Below, in pieces: positions 8,834 to 16,995 of a stretch of DNA of 64,000 nt. Under the pieces are notes generated by a model. It had not been told where the DNA came from, searched no databases, and worked only from the letters and a program-made list of their open reading frames with translations. Positions within the stretch are counted from its first letter, which is position 1; each line of letters begins with the position of its first letter. The stretch lies in the NCBI RefSeq assembly GCF_945957465.1, contig NZ_CAMFLC010000016.1, forward strand, positions 5,315 through 69,314, in the 5' to 3' direction. Made by a program: the position numbers and the translations under genes. This DNA is from an uncultured Leifsonia sp. GTDB taxonomy: Bacteria > Actinomycetota > Actinomycetes > Actinomycetales > Microbacteriaceae.

Positions 8834-9163
8834 GTGGGAAAGCAGACCACGGAGATGCTCAAGGGCACGCTCGAGGGCATCGTCCTCGCCATCCTGTCGA
8901 CCCGGTCCGCGTATGGGTACGAGATCACCTCGTGGCTGCGCGACCAGGGCTTCGACGACATCGCCGAGGGCACCGTGTACGCCCTGCTCGTCCGAGTGGA
9001 GCAGCGCGGCCTCGTCGACGTGGAGAAGGTCCCGTCCGAGAAGGGACCGCCTCGCAAGGTGTACTCGCTCAACGCGGCGGGACGCGAATACCTCGAAGAA
9101 TTCTGGAGGACCTGGAGCTTCCTCGCAGAACGGATCGAACAGCTCCGAGATGGAGGACACTGA
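8834..9163 (+). CDS. PadR family transcriptional regulator
   Basis: MLKGTLEGIVL...YGYEI...GTVYALLVR...RKVYSL; RBS AGGAGG. Confidence 0.92.
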   Translation: MGKQTTEMLKGTLEGIVLAILSTRSAYGYEITSWLRDQGFDDIAEGTVYALLVRVEQRGLVDVEKVPSEKGPPRKVYSLNAAGREYLEEFWRTWSFLAERIEQLRDGGH

Positions 9164-9164
9164 A

Positions 9165-9539
9165 ATGGCATCGAAGTGGATCGAGCTGGTCACCGGATCG
9201 CTCGAGCAGAAGAAGCAGTACCGGCAGCTCAAGGCCCGCCTGGAGGCTCTGCCCGAGCCGTACAACGGCGTCGCCAAGGCGGTCAACCGCTACCTCATGT
9301 ACAACGGCGGCATCGTCGACGGCGACACGATCATGACGATGATGGGCGACTTCGTCGACCTCTTCGAGCGGGCGGCCACCGACGGCACGCCGATCCGCGA
9401 GATCGTCGGCGACGATCCGGTGGAGTTCGCCGACGAGTTCGCCGCCGCCTATGTGGGCACGCGCTGGATCGACAAGGAGCGCGCCCGCCTGACCGAGGCC
9501 GTCGAGGCGGCCGAACGAGCACAGGAGAAGGACTCATGA
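9165..9539 (+). CDS. DUF1048-like protein
   Basis: EQKKQYR...DLFERAATDG...IVGDDPVEFADE; typical PadR-DUF1048-ABC context. Confidence 0.8.
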   Translation: MASKWIELVTGSLEQKKQYRQLKARLEALPEPYNGVAKAVNRYLMYNGGIVDGDTIMTMMGDFVDLFERAATDGTPIREIVGDDPVEFADEFAAAYVGTRWIDKERARLTEAVEAAERAQEKDS

Positions 9540-10345
9540 GCCCGACCATCATGGCCACACCGGCCATCCAGGTGCGCGGCCTCGAGAAGTCGTACAAGGA
9601 CCTGCACGTCCTGCGGGGCGTCGACTTCGACGTCGAGAGGGGCACCATCTTCGGCCTCCTCGGCTCGAACGGCGCCGGCAAGACCACCGCGGTGAAGATC
9701 CTGTCGACCCTGCTGAAAGGCGACACGGGTACCGCAACCGTCAACGGATTCGACGTGGCCCGCCAGTCCGACGACGTGCGGAGGTCGATCAGCCTCACCG
9801 GGCAGTTCGCCGCCGTCGACGAGCTTCTGAGCGGGCGCGAGAACCTCATTCTCGTCGCCCGGCTGCGGCACCTGGCGAACCCCGCCGGCATCGCCGACGA
9901 CCTGTTGGCCCGTTTCTCGCTCTCCGACGCGGGCGGCCGCAAGGTCAGCACCTACTCGGGAGGCATGCGGCGCCGGCTCGACATCGCGATGAGTCTCATC
10001 GGCGACCCGCCCGTGGTGTTCCTCGACGAGCCGACGACCGGGCTCGACCCGCAGGCCCGCCTGGAGGTGTGGGACACGGTCAAGCGCCTCGCCGGCCGGG
10101 GCACCACCGTCCTGCTCACCACGCAGTACCTCGACGAGGCGGAGCAGCTCGCCGACCGCATCGCGATCCTCCACGAGGGCCGCATCATCGCGAACGGCAC
10201 GCTCGCCGAACTCAAACAGCTCCTCCCCCCGGCGCAGGTCGAGTACGTGGAGAAGCAGCCCAGCCTCGAGGACGTGTTCCTCGCCATCGTCGGCCCGTCG
10301 GCCTCCGCGGAGGCCACGACCGCAGAGACCCCGAAGGAGTCCTGA
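9536..10345 (+). CDS. ABC transporter ATP-binding protein (DrrA-like)
   Basis: Walker A GSNGAGKT, signature YSGGM, Walker B VFLDEPT; ATGA overlap. Confidence 0.93.
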   Translation: MSPTIMATPAIQVRGLEKSYKDLHVLRGVDFDVERGTIFGLLGSNGAGKTTAVKILSTLLKGDTGTATVNGFDVARQSDDVRRSISLTGQFAAVDELLSGRENLILVARLRHLANPAGIADDLLARFSLSDAGGRKVSTYSGGMRRRLDIAMSLIGDPPVVFLDEPTTGLDPQARLEVWDTVKRLAGRGTTVLLTTQYLDEAEQLADRIAILHEGRIIANGTLAELKQLLPPAQVEYVEKQPSLEDVFLAIVGPSASAEATTAETPKES

Positions 10346-11121
10346 TGTCTGCCGTCACATTCGTCTCGGACACCACCGTCCTCACCGGGCGGTCCATGAA
10401 GCACATCACGCGCAGCCTGGACACGATCATCACGGTCACCATCGTGCCGATCGCCCTCATGCTGCTGTTCGTGTTCGTCCTCGGCGGCGCCATCAACACC
10501 GGCCCCGACTCCGGCTCGTACGTGAACTACCTGCTACCGGGCATCATGCTGATCACGATCGCCTCCGGCATCTCTTACACGTCGTACCGACTGTTCATGG
10601 ACCTGCAGGGCGGGATCTTCGAGCGGTTCCAGTCGATGCCGATCGCCCGGTCGAGCATCCTCTGGGCGCACGTGCTCACCTCGCTGGTCGCCAACATGAT
10701 CTCCGTGGTGCTGGTCGTACTCGTGGCGCTGCTGATCGGCTTCCGCACCGGCGCCGGCGTGCTCGCCTGGCTCGGGGTCGCCGGCATCCTCGTCCTGTTC
10801 ACACTGGCGCTGACCTGGGTGGCCGTCATCGCCGGCCTCTCGGCGAAGAGCGTGGACGGCGCGGGAGCGTTCGCCTACCCGCTGATCTTCCTGCCGTTCA
10901 TCAGCTCGGCCTTCGTCCCCACGAGCAGCATGCCGGCGCCGGTGGCCTGGTTCGCCGAGCACCAGCCGGTCACGCCGATCGTCGAAACGATCCGGGCACT
11001 GTTCGCGCAGCAGCCGGTGAGCGGCGACATCTGGATCGCGCTCGCCTGGTGCCTCGGCATCCTCGTGGTCGCCTACGGCTTCGCGATGTCGATCTACCGG
11101 CGGCGGATCAGCCGGGGGTGA
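10345..11121 (+). CDS. ABC-2 type permease (DrrB-like)
   Basis: Six TM segments; GIFERFQSMP; TGATG overlap. Confidence 0.9.
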   Translation: MSAVTFVSDTTVLTGRSMKHITRSLDTIITVTIVPIALMLLFVFVLGGAINTGPDSGSYVNYLLPGIMLITIASGISYTSYRLFMDLQGGIFERFQSMPIARSSILWAHVLTSLVANMISVVLVVLVALLIGFRTGAGVLAWLGVAGILVLFTLALTWVAVIAGLSAKSVDGAGAFAYPLIFLPFISSAFVPTSSMPAPVAWFAEHQPVTPIVETIRALFAQQPVSGDIWIALAWCLGILVVAYGFAMSIYRRRISRG

Positions 11122-11198
11122 GGCGGGAGCCGGGGCTCCGGGCGATCAGACGGCCGCCGACTCTGCGGAGTCGGCGGCCGTTCCTCGTGTGCGCGGAC

Positions 11199-11765
11199 TC
11201 ATCCCAGCTCCCGCCGCATGATCCAGCGCACGCCGCCCCCGGAGTGCGCGTCCGTGGCCTGCAGTCGATGGAAGCCGTGCTTCTCGAACAGCTCGACGGC
11301 TCCGACGTAGCCGCTGATCACGTCCACTCGTTCTCCCGCCGTGTCGACCGGGTAGCCCTCCACGAGCGCCGCACCGTTTGCGCGCGCATGCTCGACCGCG
11401 CCGTCGAGGAGGTCGTGCATGAGTCCACGCTTGCGGAAGCCTCCGCGCACGACGAAGCAGACGATCGACCACGGGTCGCGGTCTTCGTCGACGTGCGGGA
11501 TGGTGCGCGAGTTCATCAGCCGCCGGTACGTCGACTTGGGCGCGACCGAGCACCAGCCGGCGACCTCACCGTCGGCGTAGACGAGGACGCCCGGCCCCGG
11601 CTCGGTCTCGCACTCGTGGTGCATGTACGCGATGCGCTCGGGCGTCGGCAGCCGCGCGTCGCGGTACGACATGCAGACGCAGCCGCCGCCTCCCGGCTTG
11701 CGCGGCACCATGAACGTCGCGAAGTCGTCCCAGCGTCCGGTCGCGGGCAGCACCTCGATGGCCAT
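11199..11765 (-). CDS. GNAT family N-acetyltransferase
   Basis: VAGWCSVAP, CFVVRGGFRKRGL, VEGYPVD. Confidence 0.88.
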   Translation of the reverse strand: MAIEVLPATGRWDDFATFMVPRKPGGGGCVCMSYRDARLPTPERIAYMHHECETEPGPGVLVYADGEVAGWCSVAPKSTYRRLMNSRTIPHVDEDRDPWSIVCFVVRGGFRKRGLMHDLLDGAVEHARANGAALVEGYPVDTAGERVDVISGYVGAVELFEKHGFHRLQATDAHSGGGVRWIMRRELG

Positions 11766-11850
11766 GATCCGAGGGTAGCCGGGAGGTCCGACACCGCCGG
11801 CCGTGGCGTGTCCGCGACCGCGCCGCCGCCCGAGGCGGGAGGATCGTCTG

Positions 11851-12393
11851 GTGTCCAGCGACCTCCTGATGCGCATCCACTCCCCCGAGTTCCGGGCGAT
11901 GTCGGAGCGGGTGCTCCGGGCGACCGAACTGACCTCCCGGCTGAACGTGCTGCCGTTCGACGACGAGGCGGGCAAAGCCGAGCTGTTCGAGCAGCTCCTG
12001 GGCCGGCCGCTTCCGGAGAAGGTCACCATCTACCCGCCGTTCTTCACCGACCACGGGCTCAACCTGGAGCTGAGCGAGCGCGTCTTCATCAACCAGAACT
12101 GCACATTCCTCGACTACGCGGGAATCCGGCTGGCCCCGCGCGTGATGGTCGCGCCTCGCGTGACGTTCATCACGATCGGACACCCGGTCGACGTGGAGGA
12201 GCGTCGCACCTGGCTGACCGGTGGCCCGATCGATGTCGCAGAGAACGTCTGGATCGGCGCGGGCGCGACCATCCTGCCCGGCGTCTCGATCGGACGCGAC
12301 GCGGTGGTCGCGGCCGGCGCGGTGGTGGCCGACGACGTGCCGGCGGGCACACTGGTCGCGGGCCCGAAGGGCCGCGTGCTGCGCGAGTTCTGA
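11851..12393 (+). CDS. Sugar O-acetyltransferase (maltose acetyltransferase-like, hexapeptide repeat)
   Basis: PPFFTDHG, FINQNCTFLD, VWIGAGATILPGVSIG; GGGAGG RBS before GTG. Confidence 0.88.
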   Translation: MSSDLLMRIHSPEFRAMSERVLRATELTSRLNVLPFDDEAGKAELFEQLLGRPLPEKVTIYPPFFTDHGLNLELSERVFINQNCTFLDYAGIRLAPRVMVAPRVTFITIGHPVDVEERRTWLTGGPIDVAENVWIGAGATILPGVSIGRDAVVAAGAVVADDVPAGTLVAGPKGRVLREF

Positions 12394-12427
12394 GGCACTT
12401 CCGGCACGACGCCGGCACCCTCCCGAC

Positions 12428-12480
12428 ATTCGTGACGAATGCCGCGATTCGTGGCACGAATGTCGACATTCGTGACGAAA
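12428..12480. repeat. Triple-palindrome intergenic element, copy 1 (ATTCGT-N1/N3/N1-ACGAAT)
   Basis: 13+6+15+6+13 bp architecture, also at 49604-49656; last base of third palindrome is A here. Confidence 0.85.
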
Positions 12481-12524
12481 CTGACGGGTGCCGCGGCGGA
12501 GCCACCGGCGTAGGGTGCGGCACC

Positions 12525-13124
12525 ATGGACCACACCACCAACCCGCCGGGCAGCGCCCGGCGTCCGGAACGTTCGGAGCTGGCGGACTTCGCCCGCCGGC
12601 TCCGCGGCCAACTCGCCGGTCTCCCGGTCGGCGAGCTCCCCGGCACCCTCACCACGATCGACGCCGGGCATCTCGCCCGCAATCTCGGCACCGGCGTGAA
12701 TCTCACGCTCGCGTCTGCCGTGGTCACCGGCGACGTGCTGTTCGCACCCGACCTCAACCCGGCGTTCTTCTACTCATGGGATGTGCACGAGAACCAGCAG
12801 CCCGACTGGTTCCGGATCTCCCTGCGCTTCACCCCGTCCGACCTCGGCATCGCTGAGCGCCGCGCGTACGACATCGGCTGGACGGTCGTCCCGTTCTTCC
12901 TCGACCTCGGCGCAACCGTGACGCTGGAGGCTTCTCCCAACACCGGGGCTGCCCCCGCGAGCTGGACGCTCGACCAGGCGACCGTGCGCACGATCCACAT
13001 CGGCACCGGCCCGATCGATCCGGGTGACGCGGTGCACGTGGACCTGGTGAGGAGCAGCAGAGGCGGCAGCTGGATCTGGCTGCAGACGACCATCGGGTAC
13101 GCGCCGCCGACGAACGAGCCGTGA
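12525..13124 (+). CDS. Orphan hypothetical protein (199 aa), beta-rich; distant paralog of 43030-43617
   Basis: TAGGGT -10-like box 8 nt before ATG (leaderless); C-terminus GGSWIWLQTTI. Confidence 0.75.
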   Translation: MDHTTNPPGSARRPERSELADFARRLRGQLAGLPVGELPGTLTTIDAGHLARNLGTGVNLTLASAVVTGDVLFAPDLNPAFFYSWDVHENQQPDWFRISLRFTPSDLGIAERRAYDIGWTVVPFFLDLGATVTLEASPNTGAAPASWTLDQATVRTIHIGTGPIDPGDAVHVDLVRSSRGGSWIWLQTTIGYAPPTNEP

Positions 13125-13184
13125 GCCGCGCCCACGTCTCGCGTCGCCGACGCGCGACAGGCCGCCGCGGGTAATCTGCACCGT

Positions 13185-14378
13185 GTGAGCGCCCGCCCCG
13201 AACCGACCTCCCCGCCGCGCGCGTCGACCCTGGCACCCCTCTACCTGGCCGGCTTCACGACGGCGTTCGGTGCTCACGGCGTGGCGACGGCTCTCGGTGT
13301 GGAGGCCGGCGACCTCGGTCTCTCGCTGCTGGCCTTCGGGGTCGTGCTGGCGCTGTACGACCTGGCGGAGGTCGTGCTCAAGCCGGTCTTCGGCACCCTG
13401 AGCGACCGGGTCGGTGTGAAGCCGGTGATCGTCAGCGGCCTGATGGTGTTCGCGCTCGCCTCCCTTCTCGCAGCCGTCAGCCCGACGCCGGTGGTCGTCG
13501 CGATCGCGCGGCTCGCCCAGGGCGCCGGGGCGGCGGCGTTCTCGCCGTCGGCGTCGAGCGCGGTCGCGCGGCTCGCCGGCACCGAGCGCCTCGGCCGCTA
13601 CTTCGGTCGCTACGGCGCGTGGAAGAGCATCGGCTACGCCGCCGGTCCCCTGCTCGGCGCGCTGCTCGTGTCCGTCGCCGGGTTGAGCGCGCTCTACCTG
13701 TTCCTGGCCGCCCTCGCGGTGGCGACGACGACCTGGGTCGCGGTCGCCGTCCCCGCCCTCCCCGTGCTGCCGCGGCCCCGGTACACACTCGCGGACCTCG
13801 TCCGCCAGACCACCGAACGCGGCTTCCTCATCCCGACGCTGGCGCTGGCCACGACGACGGCGCTTCTCGGTGTCGCGGTCGGCTACCTCCCGCTGCTGGG
13901 AACGCGTGAAGGCCTCCCACCGCTCGCCGCCGCCGGCGCGGTCGCGGTGCTCGCCGCCGTATCGGCCGTCGCGCAGCCGCTGGCCGGGCGCCTCCGCGAC
14001 TCCGGCCGCCTCCCGGTACGGGTCGGTGTGTCCGCCGCGCTGCTGGTCGGAGCGGCCGCGCTGCTCCTTCTGGTCTGGCCGAGTGTGGTGACCGTGTACG
14101 CATCGGCGCTGCTCGCCGGTCTGACGGTCGGGGTGGCGACACCACTCGCCTACGCGCACCTGGCTGCTGTCACCCCTCCCGAGCGGATGGGCAGGACGAT
14201 GGGCAACGCCGAGCTCGGCCGCGAACTCGGCGACGCGGGAGGCCCGCTGATCGTGGGAGCCATCGGCTCGGCCGCGGGAGTGGCGGCCGGGGTCGGAGTG
14301 CTGGCACTGCTCACCGTGGGGGCCGCTGGGGTGAGCGCGGCGGGCCTGCGGGCGTCGACGTCGACGCGGGGTCGCTGA
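13185..14378 (+). CDS. MFS transporter
   Basis: GTLSDRVGVKP motif A; about 12 TM segments. Confidence 0.9.
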   Translation: MSARPEPTSPPRASTLAPLYLAGFTTAFGAHGVATALGVEAGDLGLSLLAFGVVLALYDLAEVVLKPVFGTLSDRVGVKPVIVSGLMVFALASLLAAVSPTPVVVAIARLAQGAGAAAFSPSASSAVARLAGTERLGRYFGRYGAWKSIGYAAGPLLGALLVSVAGLSALYLFLAALAVATTTWVAVAVPALPVLPRPRYTLADLVRQTTERGFLIPTLALATTTALLGVAVGYLPLLGTREGLPPLAAAGAVAVLAAVSAVAQPLAGRLRDSGRLPVRVGVSAALLVGAAALLLLVWPSVVTVYASALLAGLTVGVATPLAYAHLAAVTPPERMGRTMGNAELGRELGDAGGPLIVGAIGSAAGVAAGVGVLALLTVGAAGVSAAGLRASTSTRGR

Positions 14379-14389
14379 TCGAACCCTGG

Positions 14390-15001
14390 TCACATGCCTT
14401 CTTCGGCAGCCCAGAGCTCCTCGGCCTCGAGGGTCAGGTCGATCGTCTGGCGCAGCAGCTCACCCATCGAGGTGGACCGCAGCAGGGTGTACCTGTCGTA
14501 TTCGCCCAGCGGGGCTATCGCCGCCAGTTGCCACACGGCTGCAACGGGGTCGTCGGAGAGCTCGATGTCCGCATCCGACTCCGACTCCGCGACGCGCGCG
14601 ACAACGCGGCGGACAACAGCTTCGGCCTCGGCACGCAGGGGTGCTAACGCGTCGGACCACTCCAGGTCCGGCAGCATCGAGACCGCGGCCCGGGGATACG
14701 GGTCGTCGTCGGCCCAGTGCTCGACCGTGAACCTCCGGGTCCCCACGCCGATGATGAGCAGGTCGTCCGCGCCGGCGGCGGCGCTGACCAGGCGCGCCAT
14801 CGTCCCGACCGAGGCGCGCTGGTCGCCGCCTCCGGCTTCGGATCCGCGTTCGATGAGGACGACACCGAACTCGAACCCCGGTTCGTCCTCGTCGAGCAAG
14901 CGCCCGACCAGCGTCAGATACCGCGGCTCGAACACCCGCAGCGGGACGGCCACGAAGGGGAAGAGCACTGATCCGAGCGGGAACATCGGTGAGGCGGCCA
15001 T
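14390..15001 (-). CDS. Lon substrate-binding (N-terminal) domain protein
   Basis: PMFPLGSVLFP...PLRVFEPRYL. Confidence 0.88.
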   Translation of the reverse strand: MAASPMFPLGSVLFPFVAVPLRVFEPRYLTLVGRLLDEDEPGFEFGVVLIERGSEAGGGDQRASVGTMARLVSAAAGADDLLIIGVGTRRFTVEHWADDDPYPRAAVSMLPDLEWSDALAPLRAEAEAVVRRVVARVAESESDADIELSDDPVAAVWQLAAIAPLGEYDRYTLLRSTSMGELLRQTIDLTLEAEELWAAEEGM

Positions 15002-15036
15002 ACTCCAGTGAATCACTGCGGGCATAGAGTGAACAG

Positions 15037-15534
15037 GTGCCCCGCCCCCGCCCCGAGATCCCCGGACCGGGACAGGAGTCTGTGTGGGACTACCCGAGGC
15101 CGCCCCGCGTCGAGCGCGTCACCGCGCCCGTCACCATCCGACTGGGCGGGCAGCTGATCGTCGAATCGCGAGACGTCGTCCGGGTGCTCGAGACCAGCCA
15201 TCCACCGGTGTACTACATCCCGATAGCCGACTTCGCGCCCGGCTCGCTGGTCGACGCCGACGGCTCGTCGTTCTGCGAGTTCAAGGGCACCGCACGATAT
15301 CTGGACGTGCTCGGCGGAGGCCAGGTGCGATCCGCCGCCGCGTGGAACTACCCGCACCCGTCGCCCGGGTACGAGGTACTCCGAGACCGCGTCGCCGTCT
15401 ACGCGCAGCAGATGGACGAGTGCACCGTGGACGGCGAGGTCGTCACGCCGCAGCCGGGAGGCTTCTACGGCGGCTGGATCACGAGGAGCGTCGTCGGGCC
15501 CTTCAAGGGGTCGCCGGGGTCATTCGGCTGGTGA
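15037..15534 (+). CDS. DUF427 family protein
   Basis: ESVWDYPRPP, VLETSHPPVYYIP, CEFKG, FYGGWIT. Confidence 0.88.
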   Translation: MPRPRPEIPGPGQESVWDYPRPPRVERVTAPVTIRLGGQLIVESRDVVRVLETSHPPVYYIPIADFAPGSLVDADGSSFCEFKGTARYLDVLGGGQVRSAAAWNYPHPSPGYEVLRDRVAVYAQQMDECTVDGEVVTPQPGGFYGGWITRSVVGPFKGSPGSFGW

Positions 15535-15564
15535 ATGAAAACCGGTAGTAGTTCGACGCGCCGA

Positions 15565-15816
15565 TCAGGACGACGGCGATCGGTGCTCACCGCTCGCGGG
15601 GTCCGACGGCTGATCCTCCGAGCCACGCGGTCCGCGCGAGCCACCTGCTTCGAAGGCGACCGACAACGCAACACCGATCGCGACACCGATCGCGATGCCC
15701 TCACCGATGTTGTGCAAAGAGGCGCCGAGCGCAACCCCGATCGCCAGTCCGATGACGAGGCCAAGCGAAGATGACGTCCACCGTGATCTCGTTCCTGTTC
15801 TGTGCGTTTCGGCCAT
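15565..15816 (-). CDS. Small glycine-zipper membrane protein
   Basis: GLVIGLAIGVALG / GIAIGVAIGVAL repeated TM motif. Confidence 0.7.
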   Translation of the reverse strand: MAETHRTGTRSRWTSSSLGLVIGLAIGVALGASLHNIGEGIAIGVAIGVALSVAFEAGGSRGPRGSEDQPSDPASGEHRSPSS

Positions 15817-15850
15817 CACCCCAACCTACAAGAGCACGAAGGCAATGCGG

Positions 15851-15914
15851 GCGAGCCCGAGGCACCTCGAGCTCGCGCGTACAGGCGAACCGGAACTCGG
15901 TGGAGTTCCGCTTC
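15851..15914. repeat. Two adjacent hairpins; the second contains ychF-tail-like sequence
   Basis: gcgagcccgag-gcac-ctcgagctcgc (15851-15876); cggaactc-ggtg-gagttccg (15891-15910). Confidence 0.65.
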
Positions 15915-15946
15915 GGGCTAGTAGTCAGACGAACGTACGCTGGACG

Positions 15947-16312
15947 CGGCACCCTTCTGACCCTTTTGTAGGGGCGGATGAACGCAGGGTCGGCGAACGA
16001 ATCGAGAGAGCCGGCAGCGGAGAGGTTCCGGTTCAGTGTTGCGCGTGATCCTGGTTCACTCCGGGGCGCCTGGAAAGAACCGGCTCGAGTTCGGGACCCA
16101 GAGCAATGCCGCACCGACCAGCAACAACCCGGAGGAAATCCAGACGGACGGTACCCGAAAGCCTGGCAAGGCAAAGAGAAGGTTCATAACGGCCACGGAT
16201 GAAAGAGTCCACCGTCCCCAACGGAAGCCGCGAGCGACCGGAGAACGGAACGCAATAACAACTCCGACGATGCCTTAATGCACGCGGCAGAGCCAATCGG
16301 AAAATCCCCGAT
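15947..16312 (+). ncRNA. Candidate unannotated structured non-coding RNA (~360 nt)
   Basis: No convincing ORF; A>T skew; helices 16028-34/16077-83, 15988-93/16114-19, 16146-52/16211-17, 16161-72, 16183-87/16199-203; TACGCT -10-like box at 15936-41. No known family recognised. Confidence 0.4.
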
Positions 16313-16315
16313 CAA

Positions 16316-16345
16316 CTACACATTAAGCCTAAACTCCACCACGTT
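16316..16345 (-). repeat. Degenerate duplicate of the ychF 3' end (att-like scar)
   Basis: Encodes NVVEFRLNV* vs ychF DVVEFRFNV*; 22/30 nt identical, several differences synonymous. Confidence 0.75.
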
Positions 16346-16376
16346 GCGCGGCACAGGAATGTGTCGGAGCGCGTCC

Positions 16377-16886
16377 TCAATCCAGGGTCCGAATGTATTC
16401 GACGCGAGGCGCAGCGGGGTCGCCGGATGCGACGCACAGCGCGGAGAAGGCGAACGTGTCGCCGTGGAAGTACTGGACATTGACGTAAACAGCCCGTGGA
16501 TCGCCGTTCGTTTGATCGACCGTGTAACCGTTGGAGGAGGCCGGGCCGACGGAGTCGGCAACGATCGGCCCGGGAGGGAGGGGCGGCTGGTCGCCCCAGA
16601 CATCGGCAGGAACCGCTCGATCGCAGGCGGCGTATATGGTCTTCTCGTCGAACCCGCCTCCACCAGGTGTGGGGACGGCGGTCGAACTCGATGAGGCCGC
16701 CGGGGAGGCCGGAATGGACTGTGCGGCCGCCGACGTCGATGTCGATGTCGATGCCTCCTCCGGTTCGCTCCGAGGGCCAGCGCACGCAGTCAGAACCACA
16801 ACGACGCAGACGGCAAACGCGGCGCCAGCCCCAGCACGGTGTACGCGGCGCACGCTGGCGAGTGACAACACTCCTTCTTCCCCCAT
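16377..16886 (-). CDS. Orphan lipoprotein with Ser/Thr/Pro-rich linker
   Basis: RRVHR, hydrophobic stretch and lipobox LTAC; linker STSTSTSAAA; start codon uncertain. Confidence 0.75.
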   Translation of the reverse strand: MGEEGVLSLASVRRVHRAGAGAAFAVCVVVVLTACAGPRSEPEEASTSTSTSAAAQSIPASPAASSSSTAVPTPGGGGFDEKTIYAACDRAVPADVWGDQPPLPPGPIVADSVGPASSNGYTVDQTNGDPRAVYVNVQYFHGDTFAFSALCVASGDPAAPRVEYIRTLD

Positions 16887-16995
16887 ACTGGTCGGCGCGA
16901 GTGCAGGTTGCACGCTCAACTCGACGCTATCGCCTCCGGCGTCACGCGACGGCCGACACCACTCCCAGCGAGATCGCCCACGAGATTCCGGTCGC

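Noticed and set aside
12428-12480. Mini-CRISPR interpretation of the triple palindrome
   Set aside because: The 6-bp linkers are far too short for spacers and no cas genes are present.
11049-13124. 691-aa ORF as a single large protein
   Set aside because: The 5' part is shadow sequence over the GNAT and acetyltransferase genes; only the last 199 codons look like a real gene.
15701-16296. Short ORFs across the low-GC gap (15701-16174 -, 15978-16202 +, 16036-16278 +, 16033-16296 -)
   Set aside because: No clear RBS, atypical codon usage for this genome and no recognisable motifs; a non-coding reading fits better, though this is not proven.
15947-16312. Assignment of the candidate RNA to RNase P, tmRNA, SRP, Ms1, group I intron, or glycine/FMN/cobalamin riboswitch
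   Set aside because: Only scattered short look-alikes (GAGGAAATCC, GAGAAGG, AGAGTCC) in the wrong order or without partner strands; hallmark motifs are absent and there is no host gene for an intron.
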